A DNA stretch of 64,000 nucleotides, taken from positions 58,376-122,375 of the forward strand of contig JABSOZ010000015.1 in the NCBI GenBank assembly GCA_013215295.1, written 5' to 3'. Shown piece by piece: positions 58,267 to 64,000 of this stretch. Source of the stretch: Colwellia sp. (lineage in GTDB: Bacteria; Pseudomonadota; Gammaproteobacteria; Enterobacterales; Alteromonadaceae). Position 1 is the stretch's first letter. Every line of letters begins with the position of its first letter. Below the pieces are notes generated by a model that was not told where the DNA came from, did not search any database, and saw nothing but the letters and a program-made list of their open reading frames with translations. The position numbers and the translations under genes are program-made.

Positions 58267-58821
58267 ATGGCTATTAAAGGTGGACAACGAGGCGGGCAAA
58301 AAGAGCCAGCACATCGTTTAAATGAGTTAATTACAGGTATTGCTGATAATGAAGTTCGTTTGATTAGATTTGACGGAGAGCCTGGTGGCATCGTCACATT
58401 AGATGAAGCAATGGATCAAGCTGATGAAGCTGGTGTAGATCTCGTTGAGATAAGCCCTACGGCTAGACCTCCTGTACTCCGTGTAATGGATTACGGCAAG
58501 TTTATCTACGAAAAAGCTAAAGAACAAAAAGAACAGCGCAAAAATCAGAAACAAATACAGGTTAAGGAAATAAAATTCCGTCCTGGAACAGATGAAGGCG
58601 ACTATCAGGTAAAACTACGCAACCTGAAGCGCTTTTTAGAGGGTGGCGATAAAGTTAAAGTAACTTTACGTTTCCGTGGTCGTGAAATGGCTCACCAAGA
58701 ACTTGGTTTAAAGCTTTTAACTCGTGTTAAAAACGATTTAGAAGAGTTAACTGTTCTAGAATTCTTCCCGCGTCGAGCGGAAGGAAGACAAATGGTGATG
58801 GTATTAGCACCAAAAAAATAA
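58267..58821 (+). CDS. infC: Translation initiation factor IF-3 (start either ATG 58267 or ATT 58273)
   Basis: [50 protein letters not shown] aligns with E. coli IF3. ATT-AAA-GGT-GGA at 58273 corresponds to the E. coli AUU-AAA-GGC-GGA start. Confidence 0.92.
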   Translation: MAIKGGQRGGQKEPAHRLNELITGIADNEVRLIRFDGEPGGIVTLDEAMDQADEAGVDLVEISPTARPPVLRVMDYGKFIYEKAKEQKEQRKNQKQIQVKEIKFRPGTDEGDYQVKLRNLKRFLEGGDKVKVTLRFRGREMAHQELGLKLLTRVKNDLEELTVLEFFPRRAEGRQMVMVLAPKK

Positions 58822-59036
58822 TCAATAACCGGTATTTCAAGTAACTTATTTTTATGAAAATTAAAAATAAGTTCACCATTATTGATTTTAACGGGTAACT
58901 TCAGGCCTGAAAGTAAAAACTAACGTTTATTTTTGTTTAATCTTAAATAGACAAGTTAAGTTTTTCGCCTAAGTTGCTAAATTTCAATGGCAATGTTTAT
59001 GTCTAATCACGTAAACATGAATGCGGAGTAATATTC

Positions 59037-59231
59037 ATGCCTAAAATGAAAACTAACAAAGGTGCTGCGAAGCGCTTTAAAAAAACAGCCAATGGCTACA
59101 AGTTCAAACAAGCTGGCCTTCGTCATATCTTGACTAAGCGTCGTACTAAAGTTAAACGTCATCTTCGTGCTAAGTGCATGATTTCGGCAGCTGACATTAA
59201 GTCAGTTAAAAAACTTTTACGTCACGGTTAA
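59037..59231 (+). CDS. rpmI: 50S ribosomal protein L35
   Basis: [38 protein letters not shown]. Confidence 0.95.
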   Translation: MPKMKTNKGAAKRFKKTANGYKFKQAGLRHILTKRRTKVKRHLRAKCMISAADIKSVKKLLRHG

Positions 59232-59246
59232 TAGGAGAGATATAGA

Positions 59247-59606
59247 ATGGCTAGAGTAAAACGTGGTGTACAAGCTCGTGCACGTCACAAAAAGGTTCTA
59301 AAGCAAGCTAAAGGTTATTACGGAGCACGTAGCCGTGTTTATCGTGTTGCTTATCAAGCAGTAACTAAAGCAGGTCAATACGCTTACCGCGATCGCCGTC
59401 AACGTAAACGTCAATTCCGTCAGCTTTGGATAACTCGTATCAATGCAGCAGCTCGCATAAATGGTTTATCTTACAGTGTTTTCATTAATGGTCTTAAAAA
59501 GGCTGCTATTGAGATCGATCGTAAGATCCTAGCTGATATTGCAGTATACGACAAAGTAACATTCACATTCTTAGTTGAAAAAGCGAAAGCTGCTTTAGCT
59601 GCATAG
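59247..59606 (+). CDS. rplT: 50S ribosomal protein L20
   Basis: [35 protein letters not shown]. Confidence 0.95.
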   Translation: MARVKRGVQARARHKKVLKQAKGYYGARSRVYRVAYQAVTKAGQYAYRDRRQRKRQFRQLWITRINAAARINGLSYSVFINGLKKAAIEIDRKILADIAVYDKVTFTFLVEKAKAALAA

Positions 59607-59625
59607 AGTTTGAAAATACTTTGAG

Positions 59626-59657
59626 AAAGGACGCCATTAGGCGTCCTTTTCTTTTTT
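59626..59657 (+). terminator. Rho-independent terminator of the thrS-infC-rpmI-rplT unit
   Basis: AAAGGACGCC-ATTA-GGCGTCCTTT followed by TCTTTTTT. Confidence 0.8.
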
Positions 59658-59797
59658 AATAGATTCTAACTTGTTCTTTAGCTCACTTTCTGCGTTTTAA
59701 AGTACTCACTAATAGTCATTAGCTCCGTGCTTTAACCTTGAAGTTAAGCTAAATACCTTCGTCATAATGTATTAAAATGGTTTTATTAATTAAATAC

Positions 59798-59950
59798 TAA
59801 TTATAGCGAATATTATTTTATGTACAGGACGTACGGTCAGCTTTTATGTTCCCGACAAAAGCTAAGTACCTAAGTCCATGTAGGCAATGTCACGGTGACA
59901 GGATGTCAAAGAGTGACGTTAAGATCTAAAGATGATATTCGCTACAATTA
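59798..59950. repeat. 153-bp element bounded by 19-bp imperfect inverted repeats (MITE-like or structured RNA)
   Basis: TAATTATAGCGAATATTAT (59798-59816) matches the reverse complement of ATGATATTCGCTACAATTA (59932-59950) at 17 of 19 positions. Internal nested hairpins include AGCTTTT-N11-AAAAGCT and TGTCA-CGG-TGACA. Confidence 0.6.
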
Positions 59951-59980
59951 ATTTAACTTAAATAATGAAGGTTTAATCCG

Positions 59981-61084
59981 ATGAGTCTTGCAGATCAAAT
60001 TTTAGCGGTAAACAATGATTTACCTATTCGCACTGATGCACCTGTTCATAGCGGTAAAGTCCGCAGTGTCTATTGGTTAACTGATGCAGATAGTAAACGG
60101 TTAATTCAAGAAAAAGGCTACGATGTTGCTGATGATACGCCTTTAGCCATTATGGTGATCAGTGACCGTATCTCTGCTTTTGACTGCATTTGGCAAGGTG
60201 AAGGTGGTATGAAAGGTGTCCCAGGTAAAGGTGCTTCACTTAATGCTATTTCTAATCACTGGTTTAAGTTATTTAAAGATCAAGGTTTAGCAGATAGCCA
60301 TATTCTTGATATTCCACACCCATTTGTTTGGATCGTACAAAAAGCTAAACCAGTAATGATTGAAGCTATTTGTCGCCAGTATATTACGGGGTCAATGTGG
60401 CGTTCATATGTAAAAGGTGAGCGTGAATTTTGTGGTATTGAAATCGCTGAAGGTTTAACTAAAGATTCAAAACTCCCTGAGTTATTACAAACACCATCAA
60501 CAAAAGGTATTTTAGAAGGGATTCCTGGCGTACCTGCGGTTGATGACGTAAATATTACCCGTAAAAACATTGAAGATAATTTTGAAGCATTTAACTTCAA
60601 GTCACTTGATGACATTACGTTGTACGAGAAACTATTAACGGAAGGATTTGACGTAATCTCTGATTCGTTAGCAAATCTTGACCAAATATTTGTTGATACT
60701 AAATTTGAATTTGGTTACGTGAAAGACAAAGCTGGTAACGACAAGCTAATTTATATGGACGAAGTAGGCACACCAGATTCTTCACGCATATGGGATGGAG
60801 AGCAATACCGTGGTGGTAAAGTGGTTGAAAACTCAAAAGAGGGTTTCCGCCAGTTGTTATTAACGTATTTCCCTGATGCAGATATATTATTAAACAAAGA
60901 ACGTATGACAGAGCGTGAGGCATTAGCGCGCGATAATGAATTGCCTCAATCGGTATTAATGGATGTATCAAAAACATATATCGCCATTGCTGAAAAAATT
61001 ACCGGCCAAAAAATTGTATTGTCAGAAAATCCTAAAGCTGAAGTTATAGAAATTTTGCGTGAGCAATATCAGTTAATTGATTAA
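59981..61084 (+). CDS. purC: Phosphoribosylaminoimidazole-succinocarboxamide synthase (long, Vibrio-type 367-aa form)
   Basis: [12 protein letters not shown]...ISDRISAFD...VDTKFEFG...[12 protein letters not shown] are SAICAR synthetase motifs. Confidence 0.9.
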   Translation: MSLADQILAVNNDLPIRTDAPVHSGKVRSVYWLTDADSKRLIQEKGYDVADDTPLAIMVISDRISAFDCIWQGEGGMKGVPGKGASLNAISNHWFKLFKDQGLADSHILDIPHPFVWIVQKAKPVMIEAICRQYITGSMWRSYVKGEREFCGIEIAEGLTKDSKLPELLQTPSTKGILEGIPGVPAVDDVNITRKNIEDNFEAFNFKSLDDITLYEKLLTEGFDVISDSLANLDQIFVDTKFEFGYVKDKAGNDKLIYMDEVGTPDSSRIWDGEQYRGGKVVENSKEGFRQLLLTYFPDADILLNKERMTEREALARDNELPQSVLMDVSKTYIAIAEKITGQKIVLSENPKAEVIEILREQYQLID

Positions 61085-61103
61085 CCTTTATAATTTCATC
61101 ATT

Positions 61104-61130
61104 AAAAGCCCTACATCGTAGGGTTTTTTT
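61104..61130. terminator. Bidirectional terminator between purC and the convergent SBP-like gene
   Basis: AAAAG-CCCTAC-ATC-GTAGGG-TTTTTTT. Confidence 0.75.
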
Positions 61131-61157
61131 GCTCTGTTTATATGTATGTTTAATCAT

Positions 61158-61928
61158 TTACTTTGAATTACTTTTAGCTTCATCGAGTAACTCTTGAAAT
61201 TGACCTGTTTTTTTCATTTCTTTTAATACCACTGAAAGCGCTTCTGCTAGTTTTTTATGGCGCTGTTTGTTTAAATAAACGTGTAAAATGATGCTTGCCA
61301 ATGGCGGTTTGAGTATTTTAATCGTTTCAGCATATTTTTTATTTTTCTGTAACAATTTAGTCGCCGTGCTTAAACTGGTAATGGTTAGGTCTGCTCTGTC
61401 ATTAAACACCATTGCTACAGCTTGTTCAGTGCGGCTCACTGGGTGAACATGTTTAAATTTGTTCTCCTTTTTTTCAATAAATTTTGTGCCTCTTTCATAA
61501 GCCAGAGAATAGTTTTTCATACTATCCCAACCATCAACCTTTATATCCTTCTTACTGAGTACTGACTGGTCAATAGTGAAAAGAGGTTCTGTTACTTGCT
61601 GTAAATTTGGAAAGTTTTTAAGATTAAGTTCACTCACTCTAAATAAATCACCATCGGTGAGGCCACTATTTGCCCAGGCTAAGCTTCGCATATTGGGCAA
61701 TGTTTTAACGGTGAGTCGATAGCCAAGCTTTTGAAATGCAACGGACATTATTTTATTACCTTGTTGATATAACAGGGTATCTGATGGGTTCGTAGTTCCT
61801 AATGTTATATTAGGGGCGTAGCGAGGTAAGGCAGGAGTATCGATTGAATCTTTAACTGTGCTCATCGTTAGAGAATTAGATGACTCTATGGATAAACCGA
61901 AAGATGATACGCTTACTAAAATTGACAA
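61158..61928 (-). CDS. Orphan SBP-like periplasmic protein, paralogue 4 (start uncertain)
   Basis: SBP-like body. The only canonical start is the TTG at 61928, in the middle of a signal-like hydrophobic stretch that continues in frame upstream (KLTKSALGICI-LSILVSVSSFGLS). Confidence 0.6.
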   Translation of the reverse strand: MSILVSVSSFGLSIESSNSLTMSTVKDSIDTPALPRYAPNITLGTTNPSDTLLYQQGNKIMSVAFQKLGYRLTVKTLPNMRSLAWANSGLTDGDLFRVSELNLKNFPNLQQVTEPLFTIDQSVLSKKDIKVDGWDSMKNYSLAYERGTKFIEKKENKFKHVHPVSRTEQAVAMVFNDRADLTITSLSTATKLLQKNKKYAETIKILKPPLASIILHVYLNKQRHKKLAEALSVVLKEMKKTGQFQELLDEAKSNSK

Positions 61929-62346
61929 TATGCAGATGCCTAGAGCTGATTTGGTTAGCTTATCAGGTATTCTGTTAGCATCATTAATTAGTATAACGTT
62001 CCCCTCACAAATTTAGTTCAAGTTGTATATTAAATCGCACAATAATGACCTATCTAACTATTGTATATATTTATTACCACATCAAGCTATTAATTATTTA
62101 CCATGTTATTACCCGAGAATAGTTACTTTTGATTAGCCGATAATAATCGCTAATATAAAAATTATAGTCTGATTAAATCATAAGTTTTGGAATTGAAACT
62201 TACTTTTAAACACCAAGATATAATAATTAGAAATTTAATTGACAAAATGTCCCTTAAATCACGTTGTTCCCCTACATTTTTTGTTCATTTTTGTGTAGAA
62301 TCACTCACCATTTTTATTAATTAAATCAGTCTAGCCAAAGCCTTGA

Positions 62347-63366
<1,020 letters not shown>

Positions 63367-63377
63367 GAAAGCCAACA

Positions 63378-64000
63378 ATGAAATTTAGTGAATCTTGGTT
63401 ACGTGAGTGGGTTAACCCTGCTATTTCTTCTGATGAGTTAGCTCATCAAATTACTATGGCTGGTTTAGAAGTAGATGCCGTAGAACCTGTTGCCGGTGAA
63501 TTTACCGGTGTATTAATTGGCGAAGTGGTTGAATGTGGTCCACATCCAGACGCTGATAAATTACAAGTAACAAAAATCAACCTTGGTAAAGATTTTAACG
63601 ATGGCGAATTAGTTGACATCGTTTGTGGTGCCAAAAACTGTCGTTTAGGTATTAAAGTTGCGGTTGCCACTGTTGGCGCAGTATTACCTGGTGATTTTAA
63701 AATTAAAAAAGCTAAATTACGTGGCGTGCCGTCTCATGGCATGTTGTGTAGTGAGTCAGAGATTGGTTTGTCTGATAGTTCTGAAGGTATAATGGAACTC
63801 GCACAAGATGCACCTATCGGCATGTGTCTTCGTGAATACCTAGACTTAAACGATGTAACTATAGATGTTGATTTAACAGCCAACCGTGGTGATTGTTTAG
63901 GCCTTAAAGGTTTAGCACGCGAAGTAGGTGTATTAAATAGTTTAAATATTACAGAACCAGAAATTACCGCTGTAGTACCTACTATTGACGATACCCGTGA
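63378..64000 (+). CDS. pheT: Phenylalanine--tRNA ligase beta subunit, 5' part (continues beyond window)
   Basis: [38 protein letters not shown]... with tRNA-binding domain [24 protein letters not shown]. There is no stop before the window end, so the ORF track did not list it. Confidence 0.92.
   Translation, partial: MKFSESWLREWVNPAISSDELAHQITMAGLEVDAVEPVAGEFTGVLIGEVVECGPHPDADKLQVTKINLGKDFNDGELVDIVCGAKNCRLGIKVAVATVGAVLPGDFKIKKAKLRGVPSHGMLCSESEIGLSDSSEGIMELAQDAPIGMCLREYLDLNDVTIDVDLTANRGDCLGLKGLAREVGVLNSLNITEPEITAVVPTIDDTR

Noticed and set aside
59889-59899. GTCACGGTGAC inside the IR element fits the GT-N7-AC NorR core.
   Set aside because: It is an isolated single site with no sigma-54 promoter nearby. 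The core is short enough to occur by chance and is better explained as one of the element's internal hairpins.
62247-62324. 25-codon mini-ORF (MSLKSRCSPTFFVHFCVESLTIFIN) as a pheM-like Phe leader peptide upstream of pheS.
   Set aside because: It has only 4 Phe residues and no Shine-Dalgarno sequence, and the ATG overlaps a TTGACA. There is no terminator/antiterminator pair between it and pheS. T-rich DNA yields Phe codons by chance.

Overview
Visibly AT-rich chromosomal segment of a marine gammaproteobacterium. Gene content looks Alteromonadales/Colwellia-like, but that is inference, not a search result. Most of the window is ordinary coding sequence. The right end is a housekeeping block: thrS-infC-rpmI-rplT, then purC and a binding-protein-like gene, then pheS-pheT. 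The left end starts inside an RND efflux pump gene. In between lie many single-gene accessory loci: hydrolases, GNATs, an Atm1-like ABC exporter, an IorAB-type molybdoenzyme and four orphan periplasmic binding-protein paralogues. Seven loci stand out. (1) An XRE-type HTH is fused to a minimal MotA/PomA/ExbB-like four-helix membrane module. It sits directly upstream of a DUF5916/CBM9-like exported protein, and a paralogous HTH fused to a DUF4177-like domain lies nearby. This is the best candidate for an undescribed system. (2) A decayed integrative island of about 4.5 kb sits in tRNA-Val(GAC). It is bounded by a duplicated tRNA 3' half plus terminator and carries a PEP-CTERM matrixin protease. 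(3) A norR / sigma-54 promoter / hmp nitric-oxide module has two unannotated small membrane ORFs between the promoter and hmp. (4) A complete cyanophycin cluster (iadA, cyanophycinase, cphA) is followed by a Mur-ligase-only cphA paralogue. (5) A lipoprotein sulfatase-like enzyme has a non-canonical C-T-T-T-R active-site motif. It is fused to a YHYH domain that is split by a frameshift at an A-run. (6) thrS has an anticodon-like operator hairpin, and the infC start codon (ATG or ATT) is ambiguous. (7) A 150-bp element bounded by inverted repeats lies upstream of purC. No rRNA genes or CRISPR arrays were seen. All family assignments come from motif recognition by eye and need HMM/BLAST confirmation.
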